Source: Octopus bimaculoides
Lineage: Eukaryota
DNA: 64,000 bases
NCBI RefSeq assembly: GCF_001194135.2
Contig: NC_068990.1
Coordinates: forward strand, 72,977,414 to 73,041,413
Reading direction: 5' to 3'
The position numbers and the translations under genes were made by a program. Under the pieces are notes generated by a model that saw nothing but the letters and a program-made list of their open reading frames with translations, did not search any database and was not told the origin of the DNA. Shown piece after piece: positions 12,287-26,096 of this stretch. Numbering within the stretch: the first letter of the stretch is position 1; each line of letters begins with the position of its first letter.

Positions 12287-14213
12287 GAATGTAAGGAATT
12301 TAACTCGTAACTTTAAGAATAAGAAGAAAGCACTAACTTCTAGGCCACCTTTATAAAAAGCGCTAATAATAACTGCATGAAAAAAAAAAAACAGTGAGCT
12401 CTCTTGAATAAAAAATTATGAAAAACTACCTAATTTCTTCTATGTTTACTTTTTGTGACTATGAAGAAATATATTGATCCCTTCTCTCATGTTTTCATCA
12501 ATAGCAACCTTTAAGACTTTCATTATCAACACAAATAGTCTACACTGCATATGAATTTTAATTTCAGATAATAATAAAAAAAAAAGCATAGTGAGAAAGC
12601 AACATGTGCATGCTATTGGTAAAGATAAAGTTGATATGTTCAATAGCAAAAAAATATGTGAGCAACAATACAATCAGAGAGGGAGGAATGGTAAAAAAGA
12701 AAAAAAAAATATAAAAATAGTTCTTTTTATCCTTGACAATATGCAAAATTACAAAACTCAAAAAAAAAAAAAAAAAAAAAAAATTAAAATAAATTATTTA
12801 TAGCAAACGTTTAATCTTATTTCAAGTAGTTATATTCAGAAATATTAAAAAAGAAAGGTTCATTATAATTTAAGCATACGTGTAAAAGAAAGAAGGAAAG
12901 TGTGAGATCTTTTTTTTTTTTTTCAGAAAGTGTTTGTAATTCAGAATGAAGAAATGAGCTGGTAAGACAATAATGTGTATATGGCAGTGTCCATGTGTCA
13001 ACGTAAGATGAAGACGATTAAGTGTGTAATAATGTACAGGTGAGTATGTCAATGTTTGTAGCAATATAACAAATGATCTTCAGTGTAGCAAAACTCTGTG
13101 TGTGTGTGTGTGTGTGTATGTGTGTGCGTGTGTGTAAATATATACACAAAAACACACAGCTATATATACATGTATATATATAAAAAATTATATATACGTA
13201 TGAACACATTTATAAATATAAATGTATTGTTTATTCAATGGAATATATAGAATACACACACACACAAATATTTAATCACAAACTATGCATATACAGAAAT
13301 GTATATATAAATAGATTTATATGAATATATATATANNNNNNNNNNNNNNNNNNNNNNNNNNNNNNNNNNNNNNNNNNNNNNNNNNNNNNNNNNNNNNNNN
13401 NNNNNNNNNNNNNNNNNNNNNNNNNNNNNNNNNNNNNNNNNNNNNNNNNNNNNNNNNNNNNNNNNNNNNNNNNNNNNNNNNNNNNNNNNNNNNNNNNNNN
13501 NNNNNNNNNNNNNNNNNNNNNNNNNNNNNNNNNNNNNNNNNNNNNNNNNNNNNNNNNNNNNNNNNNNNNNNNNNNNNNNNNNNNNNNNNNNNNNNNNNNN
13601 NNNNNNNNNNNNNNNNNNNNNNNNNNNNNNNNNNNNNNNNNNNNNNNNNNNNNNNNNNNNNNNNNNNNNNNNNNNNNNNNNNNNNNNNNNNNNNNNNNNN
13701 NNNNNNNNNNNNNNNNNNNNNNNNNNNNNNNNNNNNNNNNNNNNNNNNNNNNNNNNNNNNNNNNNNNNNNNNNNNNNNNNNNNNNNNNNNNNNNNNNNNN
13801 NNNNNNNNNNNNNNNNNNNNNNNNNNNNNNNNNNNNNNNNNNNNNNNNNNNNNNNNNNNNNNNNNNNNNNNNNNNNNNNNNNNNNNNNNNNNNNNNNNNN
13901 NNNNNNNNNNNNNNNNNNNNNNNNNNNNNNNNNNNNNNNNNNNNNNNNNNNNNNNNNNNNNNNNNNNNNNNNNNNNNNNNNNNNNNNNNNNNNNNNNNNN
14001 NNNNNNNNNNNNNNNNNNNNNNNNNNNNNNNNNNNNNNNNNNNNNNNNNNNNNNNNNNNNNNNNNNNNNNNNNNNNNNNNNNNNNNNNNNNNNNNNNNNN
14101 NNNNNNNNNNNNNNNNNNNNNNNNNNNNNNNNNNNNNNNNNNNNNNNNNNNNNNNNNNNNNNNNNNNNNNNNNNNNNNNNNNNNNNNNNNNNNNNNNNNN
14201 NNNNNNNNNNNNN

Positions 14214-14300
<87 letters not shown>

Positions 14301-14309
14301 TACACAGAT

Positions 14310-14530
14310 GTATCATCATCATTTAACATCAGTCTTCCATGCTGTCATAAGTTGGACAATCTGACAAGAGCTGGTAAGTCAGAGGACTGCGCCAAGCTCC
14401 ACTGTCAGCATGGTTTTTACCACTGGATGCCCTTCCTAACACCAACTAATTTACAGGTGGATTGGGTGCTTTTTGTGTGGCACCTGCACCAGCAAGGTCA
14501 CCAAGTAACTTGCAAGACAAAGATCCCTCA
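14310..14530 (-). mobile_element. Family-C retroelement tail
   Basis: tcatcatcatttaacatcagtcttccatgctg...ctggatgcccttcctaacaccaac...ggtgctttttgtgtggcacc. Confidence 0.75.
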
Positions 14531-14969
14531 AGAATCACACCCTCCTTCACAGCCACAGAATTATCTGTTCTCCTCCACCACCATACATATCCCATTCTCC
14601 TTGTGTACTACACCAGGCCCTCCTCAACACCCTACTCCAGCAATCAACACAACCACATATCAACTCTCTCTCATCCTGTCCTTCTCCTGTCTACTGTATC
14701 ATCATTAATATTCTGCTGCTCTTCCTCATCTGTTTTTCTGCAATATCAGTTCATTGCCTACACCCCTACTGCTGCAATTTCTGGCATCATTGCTCATCCC
14801 CCACTCCTTATCCACGATTCACTTACATCCAGCCTTCAGCTTACCCAATCTTTACAGGTGTTACTACCTTCCCTATCCTCACCCATTCCCCATTTTTCAT
14901 TACACAACAAACTTTTGCAAACTCCATCCACTCATATTCCTGGTTCCAGTGGAATTTTGTACATTAAGG

Positions 14970-15112
14970 CACTAGCGTAGCTAGAGGAAGTGGAGCAGAG
15001 AGGGCGGCACCACTTTTGGGTCTGCGGTAGGCAATATGTATTTTTTGTGGGGGCCCAGGGGCAGCAAACTGAAGGGCCACCCCAGGCGGCACACACTCTA
15101 GCTATGCCAGTG
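14970..15112. mobile_element. hAT-like MITE (143 bp)
   Basis: 17-bp TIRs: cactagcgtagctagag versus the reverse complement of ctctagctatgccagtg (2 mismatches). Flanking 8-mers cattaagg (14962-14969) and aattgagg (15113-15120) match at 6/8, consistent with a decayed 8-bp TSD. Confidence 0.75.
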
Positions 15113-15479
15113 AATTGAGGATCCACCATCACACCTCATCGCCACTACTTTATCACTTTCCAACTCCACCATATCAATCCTGCCATCTCCACTAAAATGT
15201 GAGTAGTCATGCGGCTGCTCTACATCAACAAACCTGTTCTGCTCTGGCCCCTTCACTTATACTTTAACTCCAAATTTCCTAGAGTAAAGTCACTCCCTCT
15301 GGGTTTTCATAATCATGGAAATAGCACTGGGGATCTCAGTAAGTAGGTGGTTTGAAAAAAAGCACCCAGTACATGCCATGAAGTGGTTGGTGTTAGTAAG
15401 AGCATCAAGCTGTAGAAACCACATGAAAGCAGACACATTATGCATGATACAGTCATGATATAACATACCATGTAACAGA

Positions 15480-15840
15480 TGTGGTTATATAGTTAAGATG
15501 CTTGTCTCCCAACCATGTAGCCTTGGGTTCAATCACACCAGATGACACCTTAGACAAGTGTTTTCTAAAATAGCCCCAGGCAGACCAAAGCCTTATGTGT
15601 GGATTTGGTAGAGAGAAACCAAAAGGTGCATTTCAATATGTGTGCATGTGTGTGTGTGTGTATGTATGTATCCCTGTCTAGACATCAAGTGAACATTGTA
15701 AGCATCATTATCATATAAGCATGGTTACTCATTTCCCATCTTCCTTGAATAATATGTCTGGCCATGAGGAAATACTGCCTCACTTGGATAGAGGTGAAGG
15801 TTAGTGACAGGAAAGGTAAAATGATGATGATGATAATACA
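15480..15840 (+). mobile_element. Family-B SINE head with alternative 3' module
   Basis: gtggttatatagttaagatgcttgtctcccaaccatg...gggttcaatc...gacaagtgttttctaaaatagcc...ggatttggtag. Confidence 0.7.
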
Positions 15841-16708
15841 TACATACATATATATATTCATATATATATATACATACACACACATGTGTATACACATACA
15901 TGCCCATACATACACCATATACATATCATATACAAATATTGAAAATTTAATAACATTCTAGTTATATAGTTTTTGCAAATAGGATTAATTTCAGAAATTA
16001 TAAAATCTCATATAAAGCATTCGTTTTGCATAAAATGAAATTGTTTATAAATATAATTACAACACAGTTTTATGCAATTCCAATGAAACCATAGTAGAAC
16101 AAGCAATTTTAAAAATGTTCTTGTAAAATTTTCATAAGATAATAAAATGTCTGTAGTGATAGTATACATATTAACTACATGCGAATGTATAATAGATTAG
16201 ACTCTATGAGCAAGTTCCTGGTAGTAACACAATTTCAAGTAAGAGAAAAATTACCAGTACAAGTCTTTTCCTTGGAAACTATTTTTCACAAAATATAATT
16301 GTAATGACAATTTTGCAATAAATCATAATATATTTTGCGTCTGTTTTTCTGTTAAATACATATCATATATGAAAATCCCATTGGATTTGTATTTATAAAT
16401 TTTCTCAAAGAATTTATTTAACAAATCCAAAACTCTTGTCACTGGTTTTTTGCATATAATTTTGCAACAGTTTAATAAGTAATACATCTATAAATATAAA
16501 TATTTAGGACAGAAAAACTTTTTTAAAACAAAAGAAAAAGTTAGTGAAGTAAAACCACCAAAAAGTTAAAATAGCATAAAAATTAAGGATGATTCCATGA
16601 GAGATTCACAATATTTATGTAACATGTTCGAAAGTGAATTTTTGAAAACACTAAAATTAATTTTTGTATTTACAAAAATAACTATTTCAAATTATTTAAT
16701 TTTGTTTC

Positions 16709-16750
<42 letters not shown>

Positions 16751-18129
16751 TTGTAAATATTGTTGAAATAGTAAAATGTTATCTTGAGAACAAACACTTG
16801 AAAAGAAACCCTACTTTTATTGTTCTTTTAATCATAAAACCTCTTTCTATATTGTATTTTATATTTTCACTTTTGTCACTAAATTTATTACCAAAATAAA
16901 TTTCCATCGAAAATAACTTTGCAGGAGACAAATTTTTAACACTATCACAAACTGTTCCTTTTAATACTGTTCTTTTTAAAATATATAAAAAAATTTTTTT
17001 TTTGAAAATAAAACCTACACTGTACATTATATATAGTCTTTTTTTCCTACTTTTTTTATTTTCAAATTGCATAATTTTCCAGTCACATTTGTTTTTTATA
17101 TTACAAAACTAAAACTGACAGCTACGTAAATACTGAAATTTATTTACATACATTTCTTTCAATTAGGGTTGAGAGCAAAATATTACTTTTGCTTTTTTTT
17201 TTTTTTTTTNNNNNNNNNNTTTTTTTTTTTTTTTTACTTTTAGTTATTTATGATTCAGTCATTTGGTTTCTACAGAAGTGTGGTGTATCAACAGAAATAA
17301 TTCTCTACTTTAACTGTAGAATAATAATTACTATTCACAGGATATTGGTTCAGATTTCTTCAAGACATTTATTATTTCTTTTGTACTTTGTTTGAAACCT
17401 TGAAGTCGCAGCTGTGCTAAACTACTGAAGGCATATTAGTAATATAATAACAAAACTCATTAACATTTACATGATAGGAAAGAAGCAGTGATGTTCATGC
17501 CTTTACTACAATTGAAAAATCAACCCACATTGTGGTGTTGGTTTGCTAAACATTTATATTTGCCAATGGTGTTGACACCAGTAACTAGATAGGACATAAA
17601 AGAAGACATTTAACATGATTCTTAACATGTTCACATATTCATTCAACATATTTCACAGAAAAGGATAATTGAAAGTGATACTAGGAAATCCAACATCAAA
17701 ATTTGAATAGAAATATAATTTCAATTAGTATAATCCCAGGTAGAAAAGTTTAAATTGTACCAGAGTCTTAACTAATAATCAAATTGACTAAGATAATTTA
17801 AACTCTACTTCTTATTTTTTAGTATATCTTCAAGAAATTAATAGAGTGAAGCTCCATTATATCATAATAAGTGAGAATGTATCACCACGTAAAAGAATAA
17901 CTGCACAAAATTAAGATTTAAAAAATACAGTAAGAGCCACAAAAGTTCATACTAAATCAGGACACATTATTATAACAAAGCTGCACTTCATATTTTTCTT
18001 CATATGCCATACTCTATGTCTACCAGCGTTGGCAATCGTTGACTTTCACCTACTCCTGTCCCACACACAACAGGTACAAAGGTAAGAGGACAAAATATCA
18101 AAAGTCTCGATTGTGCAGACAATGTGGTC

Positions 18130-18735
18130 TTCACATCAACAACAAAGAAAGCAGGGTCTGGGTTATAACAGCATACAGAAAGGAAAAAAAGAAAGCACTG
18201 TCAATTTACAACATAATTAATGGAACTTCCTTGAAACAAATCAATGGCTTTAAATATTTAGGCATCTTTATTAGACTAGATAAGAAAAAACATCAAAGAA
18301 ATTCAAAGATTGGACAGGTCAAAGCTGGTTATGGTGAGATCAAAGAGATCAAACATATATTGTCTAAGAAATGGCTATGAATAAGAGTGAGGAAAAGAGT
18401 CTTAATGGGGTGGGGGTGCACAGGAACCATCCAATCAAGAGCAAAAACTTGTCCACATTGTAAAGATGTGGCTCCTTGGACAAATACTGAAGATGCACTA
18501 TACAGATAAAGTAACAAATGCTGAACAAACATAGACATGCAGAAACTACCACAAAACTTTGTAACAACACTGGGAGGCAACAGGCCATGTTTGTTTGACA
18601 TTCTATGAGATGACAAAGCAGCCTTGAACAATTTGTGACAACAGGAAAACTGAAAGGAAAATGAAGCTAGGAATTACAGACAGCAAAGATACTTGATGGC
18701 CTAACTAAGCTGGTTATAGAAAAACCAATTTAAAG
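18130..18735 (+). mobile_element. RTE-clade LINE reverse transcriptase C-terminal remnant
   Basis: INGTSLKQINGFKYLG...KIGQVKAGYGEIK...ILSKKWL*IRVRKRVL...MWLLGQILKMHYTDKVTN...SLEQFVTTGKLKGK...KILDGLT matches the RTE pattern FKYLGS...RIG.AK.AF...MWF.RRMLRISW...LE.LVTTGK.EGKR.RGR...LDGL. Stops and frameshifts are present. Confidence 0.85.
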
Positions 18736-19277
18736 CCAATATAAAAACTGATCCCAGAAACACAGTATATAGTAATGTCTAAGAACTGAGTACTGAATCA
18801 AATGCGGAAATATGCTTAGAGAAAGTTTAGTTTTCAAGGTTTCCAACACACTGACATCTAACTTTTGAGTGCAGAAATTAAAATAAACAAAATGACAAAC
18901 ATCTGCCCCAGGTGCAAAATTATGATCTTGATCAAACAAGCCAATGAGTCATGTCAGTAATGTGCAAAGTGATAAATGCAAATATAGTCTTAAGGTTTGT
19001 AAGAATTCCAAATTAGTGTTGATTCTGTTTTTTAGCCCCAGCTCCCATCAAACTATCTCGTTATTTTTTTTTTCCTTTTCTTTTTTGCATTATTCAAAAT
19101 TCAAAAATATCTAAAGACTATTTAAGTAAGAAAGAAGAAGCTACCTGAACTAAAATGCTAGTGTAGTGGACTAATCTATGCCACAATATATATAGGATAG
19201 TAGTTAAACAAGAACATTAGAGAACTTATTAATATTCAGGATGGATATAAAGTAAGGATATCTTGGAATGTAGCTGG

Positions 19278-19329
<52 letters not shown>

Positions 19330-21011
19330 AAGCATAACAAAGAAACAAGCTAATAATAGGAGCAATTGAGAATGGTTGACTTGATTCACCTATTTAACCT
19401 AACACAACATATAAAAATTGATATGATGATATGAAAAGAATCAAATAGAATTTGAAAATAAATACTTTAATAGAAGAACAACAAACAAAAACTTTACGCT
19501 GTTTAGCTATATTGTATCACAATTATATTTTTAATAACAAACAAAATCTATAGTGGCATCATAATTTAAGCCAATAAAAGTACAAAAAGGCCTTAATAGC
19601 TTATAAATAAATAAATTCAAAAGTTTTAAGCAATAAAATTTCTTTATTGCACATAAAACACTATCACTAATGAATTGTTTTTTAATAAAAACAAAACAAA
19701 CGGATGCCTGTGTATTTATTCATCAAAAAGTATATTTTGCAAATGAATATTCAGTATTATCTGGAAGTCAATTTGAAACATAAGTGAGAAGATAATTTGG
19801 GGCATAAAATATTTCAGAACTGCTCACCCATCTCAATAATGTTAAATTAAAGAATTTTAATATTCAATTAATATATGAATCTGTCAGCCTACACCTAGAA
19901 CTTACATTTCAAAACAAAGAAATTACAGTCGATTCTCACTTTGTATTTATGATTTATTTCACTTATTTCAAATGTCAATCCATTGATTAAAATAGAAACG
20001 CTCTCCAAAGAATCTTCCTAAAAGTAATAACTTATTAATTCATATTACAATATCCAAATATTGCGGAAAAAAAAAAACATTCCAAAATATAGTTTGTCTT
20101 TTTTTTTTTGCACGTGAGAAATAAATCTGTTCTTAAGGTATTTATTGTTAATCAAAAGATGTTGATAATTAGCCAACTGAACATAAATATAGTCAGTATG
20201 AGGAAAGGCATATCCCATGGAGATTTTTGGTTACCATTAATGCTAAATATTAGCTTTGATATTTCACACTTAATATTTCAAAAAGAGACCTGATTCTTTT
20301 CAACTAAGGTCTCTTGTGGGTAACAGAAAATAGCCCACCTTTTTTTTATTTAGGTATCATAATTATAATTTATACACATGATAATTATAAGCAGATATCA
20401 AAATAAATGATTTTAAATTTCAAAAGTGGTTATTTTTAACCCAGTCTAATTTTAAATATTTAGCAGAGCTATGAGAAAAGCTAAATAAAAATTAGAACAA
20501 CACAATAATTATATATTACAAAATAACATATAAACACATGCATTAACTAAATAAAGATATTAGCAGATCATTCTTAAATTATAAAAACAAAGCACATTAA
20601 ATCAATAATTCAGTTGAAGCTCAATTTTGTTAACCATCATTTCTACAAAATGATTATATAAATTAACTACACAAATTAATTCATAAATTTCAGCACTCCA
20701 TAACTACCTTTTTTTTTTATCTTTTTGCAAATTGTGGACACACGTTGCAATTCTAAGGTCTGTTAGTGACAAGTGCACCAAGTAATCATGAAAATTAAAC
20801 CAAAAACAAAAACAAAAAAACATTCATAATGCAATGACGATGCTTTATATGTGTTGAAAAATGTTAGCATAATGCTTATCATTTTCTTTTCTAACAAAAT
20901 TTTTTCTGGATGCTACCAAAAATGATACTTACAAATATACTTTGGATAAGGTCTATTTGAACTGCATCACCTGATAGTCTTTATTTTATTCACAGGTAAC
21001 AAATACACTAA

Positions 21012-21049
<38 letters not shown>

Positions 21050-21429
21050 CAATTATAAATAAGGGCAAAAGAAAAAATTTCTATGCCAATGTGCTGAAAA
21101 ACAAACTTTAGATCGTCTAAGCACATACAATATTTTTCACTATAAACACACCGTGTACTGAAATGAGAAAAGCAAGCTAACACAAATTTTTTAAAAATTC
21201 ATTATTCCTGAATCGGACTGATTTCTAGATTAATCCACAAAGATTCTTCCTTCTTCAACGAGAAACACGATTAGAAATAAATGGAACACTCACATATACC
21301 CATGGAAAAAGCAGATGCAAAGTCATAAGTACATTTACCCAAATATATCCAAACAGAGATTCTGTAGCAAGCCTCAGCACACATGTAGACGGTCGGGAAT
21401 TGCAATTGCAAACATAGACTCTGGGTCAT

Positions 21430-22050
21430 AAATGTTGGGAGTGATAAAGAGTCAATTCCATCAACTCCTGTAGTGCTTGACTGGCAAATATTTTATTGAT
21501 ATTTCGAAGGATGACAGGCAAAGAAAGTTGACCTTGGTAGGATTTGAAATGTAACTATGTCAGTATAAAACTTTATATTGCAAAAACATTGTCCACTACT
21601 CTGTAGAGTTCACCAATAATAATTGTTTCTAACAGAAGAAATGACCTGAAATTTAGTGGGAGGGAATAGGTAGTTATTTCATTCCTAGTATTTGACTAGA
21701 ATTCTATTGACCCTGGAAGGACAAAAGACAAAATTTATTTTGTCAGGATTTGAACTCAAAATGTAAAGTTTTACTAAATACTACATGACACTTTGTAAAC
21801 TCTAATACTATGAAACTCTGCCATCTTAAAAACAATGATTGTCTGTAACAAAGGCATAAATCCTGAAGTTTTAAGGGACACACATGAAGTGTTAACTTGA
21901 CCCAATACTTGACTGGTACTCTATTTTATCGGCCTGGGAATGATAAAATGGCAAAGTTGACCTCAGTAAGATTTGAATTTAAAATGTGAAGAATTATAAC
22001 TAAATACTGCAAGGTATTTTGTTCAACACACTAACAATTCTATCATGCTA
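21430..22050 (-). mobile_element. Three tandem decayed family-A SINEs
   Basis: Three repeats of gactggtact.tattttatc...ggaaggat.aaaggcaaagttgacct...gatttgaa at about 21440-21620, 21650-21830 and 21850-22050. Confidence 0.8.
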
Positions 22051-22789
22051 CAAAGACAACGAATAATAAAAATAATGATAATAATAATGTAATTTTTCTA
22101 AAACTACATAATTATATAACTACTGAAACTCCTCCTGTAATACTACTGACTCGAGTTAATAAAGATATTACACATCTAATGAGTACACGAACATTTCTAC
22201 AGTACATTGATCTTCCTTCAGCATGTTATAAACTTAGAATATCAGAGAAAGTCTGTTCTTTTAATTCGCATATTAATAGACATTTTCAGTTCATGAAGTA
22301 CATATGTATACAGTTAGTCTTCCATATTTGTATTCCGTATTTGTTTTGATTGTTTTGTTTTCTGTTTGTTTGCTTTTTAAGGAAAGATATTAATTTTCAA
22401 ACGTTTTTCTTCATAAAGGAATTCACAGTAATTTTACTGTTTTACTGTATAAAATCATCCTTAATAATGTTTAGTTATACCAACCATGAGAAGAAATTGC
22501 AATGGTACATGTGTATGTGAATGTGTGTGTTGTAATGAAATGAAAGAGAACATTTAGGCCCTGTTTATAGACAATTTAGGCTTTTCAACAAAGGTCTTTT
22601 ACTCTTGTTTTATACATTAAATACCATAAATAGAGTCACAATTACAGTATAATTAATTTTAAAATAAAACATTTTATTTAATGAAAAATTAATCAGTCTT
22701 CATACAAATCTCAGTGGGGAAATGAATTCATAATACAATAAACGGTACCATTTGAATAATTATAACAAAACATACATTCACAAGCATAC

Positions 22790-22792
<3 letters not shown>

Positions 22793-22837
<45 letters not shown>

Positions 22838-22858
22838 ACAAACACAAACACACACACA
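22793..22858. repeat. (AC)n microsatellite
   Basis: Direct inspection. Confidence 0.95.
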
Positions 22859-23711
22859 TGCATATACATGCACCAAAGAAGAGTTTTTATTTACTCGCAA
22901 TTAATAGAAGTTCCTTAAGCCCAATTAACATAATAGGTTTGTTGTTACCATTAGTTAAGTCAACCAAGAATTTTAATGAGTTAATGAAACAATTACAATG
23001 GTAGAAGTCAAAATGAGATTGCTTTGAAACAACCAACCGACCGACCAGCCGACTAACCAACCGAAAATAACAGAATCCAATAGCAATACATTAGCCTTTT
23101 TATCATCTCAGTATTCTTCATCTTACCCGTAGCATCTTGAGCATGAGATGGAACGTAACAGAGAAGAACAAAAGTGTTTGAAACTAATGCAAATGCATTA
23201 GTTTCATTTATCTCATTTTATTTACATCAATCAAAAGCCAGCAGGAGGTTTTTCTCACAAAGAATCAACCTGATGGTTGTAATGAAGTAATGACTCATTA
23301 GGACATGAACTTCTAACTTTATAATGACCCAATACATAATTAAAGACAAGAACATTGTGAATAGAAGAATTATTTTCGGAAGAAAAATAGAGAGAGAAAA
23401 AAAACTCTTAAAACTCCTGACATAAATTCGCAGATATGTAAATATACACTGACAATAAACAAGGAAAACAAAGGTTAAGACAAGAATGTTTGTTTATCTA
23501 ATTGAAACGACAATATTAAAAATATTTATATATTTGTGCTGAATAAAATATTGAAAAGATAATTAAAAGAATTCATAATGAAATGCAGTCATTGAAAGAA
23601 ACTAAATAAAAATTTTGAAGTAATGAGCAAAATGAAAGTTAATCTTTACCATTGATCAACAATGTATGTGTGTGTATATATGTATCTACATACATATATA
23701 TGAGTGTGTAG

Positions 23712-23779
<68 letters not shown>

Positions 23780-24870
23780 AGATATCTACATTGGTGTCTG
23801 TGCATATGTGTGTGTAGCTATATATATATATTCTATTATGTGTGTATGTGGGTGTGGGTGTACACACACCCACATATATGCATATCCATATACATACACA
23901 TAGTTGTGTAGATATGAGCATAAAAATGAAGGTTTGACAATGAAATGTTTGAGTGATTCAAGATGGGAATATTGCTAATGCATGCATCTCACACATACAT
24001 AGACACAGAGGTATGTGATTTATACACACACACACACACACATATATATATTACTCTTAGAAACATTGAATATATATATACATCTTTCATTCACATACAT
24101 ATATATATATAATATTAAAAAGCTTATAAAATATATTTCATAAACACAAAAAATTAAAAAAAATTAATTCATTTATCAACAGACGATGAAATGGACAAGA
24201 TAGTGAGAGTTAATTAAAGTGAAGAGCTAATCAAGTAAATAATTCAACACTGAATAAAACATAATTGGAGTATTTAATTTGGAAACCTGAACTTAGAGAA
24301 AAATGTAAAAAAGAAACTGCTATCAAAAGAGAAATTCTTAAATAAACTATATTATTTCCCATTTCAAACAATTACAGAAATCAACACAAGTAGATTACAA
24401 TTTATTAAGATTTTTCCTCATTCATAGAAACTTGAATAAGACTTCCAGAATATATTTCTAATTCTTTTCCTTTTTGAAAATTGTAAGAAATGATTACAGT
24501 GACTAATTTTCTTTCTTTTTTTTTTATTTATCTATTTATTTTAAATAAATAAGTAGTTTATGAATAAATCAGTATTAATTGACTGGCAAAAGCAATTGTT
24601 TTAAAAATTGTTTTCATTAAGTAATACATTTTAGATAAACAGAGACATCATTATGCCATTTTTTTTGTAGCTGTTTTTAATAGTTTAATCAGTTATACTA
24701 CATATTTAAATATATTCAAATGTTTCATTCTCTCTCTCTCTCAATATTCATTTTATACTTCTTTTGCTTGCTTCTAAAGATGAATTTGCTAGCATTTAAA
24801 AAGCAATTTTCAAAATTATACTGTAGAATAACAATAAAATAATACTGAGAGAAGCAGTATTAATACCAAA

Positions 24871-25368
24871 AAGTAATCTTAATCTCCAGCTTAACATGGA
24901 GGTTGTGTTAAAACACAGAATTATTTGCCTTGAGAGGATTTCTCATAAGGACTCATGGTACATAAAAACAAATGCAATCATATTGTAGATAGATGAGAAT
25001 TGCCTGCTATGGCAGCCAGAAGTGCCAGATCCTCGAGGAACCCATAGCAGAGTGAAACCACATGACCTGGCACTTCCAGCACCCATAGCAGACAATTCTC
25101 ATCTGCCAACGATATAATTACATGTTACAACATTTTGTAAACAAATTTTGGAAGTGTTGAATGTGTTTCGTATTTTACAGATGAGAAAATAATATTTTGA
25201 ATGCAGTATATCTGTGAAAAGAGCAGAAATATTACTTTCTTGTCTGTAAAATAATTACACGTGTTTGTATGCACCATTAGTCCTTATGAGAGATCCTTTC
25301 AAGGTAAATAACTCAGGATTCTGTGTTATAACACAAATTCCACATTGAGTTGGAGATCTAGATTACCT
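24871..25368. mobile_element. Palindromic MITE-like element with a 128-bp internal insertion
   Basis: Inner 41-bp arms at 24991-25031 and 25064-25104 (6 mismatches). Outer arms of about 115 bp at 24871-24985 and 25255-25368. The insert is flanked by ataattaca at 25114-25122 and 25251-25259. Confidence 0.75.
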
Positions 25369-25509
25369 TTGCTTCTGTCACTATTATTTATTTTTTAATA
25401 AACCTGCTGGCTATTTGCAACACCAGTGCCTGAATAGGAACTAAGATTCTATATATCATTGATGGGAGATCTGGATGTTATCATGCTACTGGACATTTGT
25501 CACTAAGGA

Positions 25510-26096
25510 ATCCATAGGAGGATTAAACCACAGGATCTGGCAGTTTGGTGGCCATAGCAGATAAATGTTATCTCTCAACAATATTTGTTTCAGTCAGTCA
25601 TTTGATTGCAGCCATGCTGGAGCACAACCTTTAGTCGAACAAATTCAACCCCAGGACTTATTCTTTGTAAGCCTAGTACTTATTCTATCAGTCTCTTTTG
25701 CCGAACTGCTTAGTTATGGGGACACAAGCACACCAGCATCAATTGTCAAGCGAAGGTGAGGGACAAACACAGGCACACAAACACACACGCAAATACACAT
25801 ATATATACGACGGGCTCCTTTCAGTTTCTGTCAATCAAATCCACTCATAAGGCTTTGGTTAGTCTGAGGCTATAGGAGAAGACACTTGCCCAAGGTGCCA
25901 CGCAGTGGGACTGGACCTGGAACCATGTGGTTGGTTAGCAAGTTACTTACCACACAACCACTCCTGCACCTAATACAATTACATGTGCTTCTATGCACCA
26001 TGAGTTCTTATGAGAGAGATCCTCTCATTATAGATAATGCTGTATTCTGAGTTCTAACACAACTTCCATGTTAAACTGGAGATTACAATTACCTTG
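25510..26096. mobile_element. Second (right-half) copy of the palindromic element, interrupted by a family-B SINE
   Basis: atctggcagtttggtggccatagcagataaatgttatct (about 25535-25575) and 25972-26096 are homologous to the right arm of the 24871-25368 element. Confidence 0.65.
25590..25970 (-). mobile_element. Near full-length family-B CORE-like SINE
   Basis: Reverse complement: ggtgcaggagtggttgtgtggtaagtaacttgctaaccaaccacatggttccaggtccagtcccactgcgtggcaccttgggcaagtgtcttc... Confidence 0.9.

Noticed and set aside
12927-13039. Plus-strand acceptor (T)n-CAG with downstream GTAAGA and GTGAGT donors
   Set aside because: The longer exon contains an in-frame stop, and the 35-nt version has no supporting neighbours.
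13276-14364. Long ORFs (300-360 aa) here and at 1812-2500 and 60255-61420
   Set aside because: Composed almost entirely of N-gap codons plus (AT)n translations.
14462-14980. 172-aa plus-strand S/P/H/L-rich ORF
   Set aside because: It starts inside a family-C repeat and reads through C/T-rich low-complexity sequence, probably the antisense of an old element.
22050-22350. About 100-codon stop-free plus-strand frame
   Set aside because: It begins in a SINE (AAT)n tail, has a late first ATG, and shows no recognisable motif or splice support.
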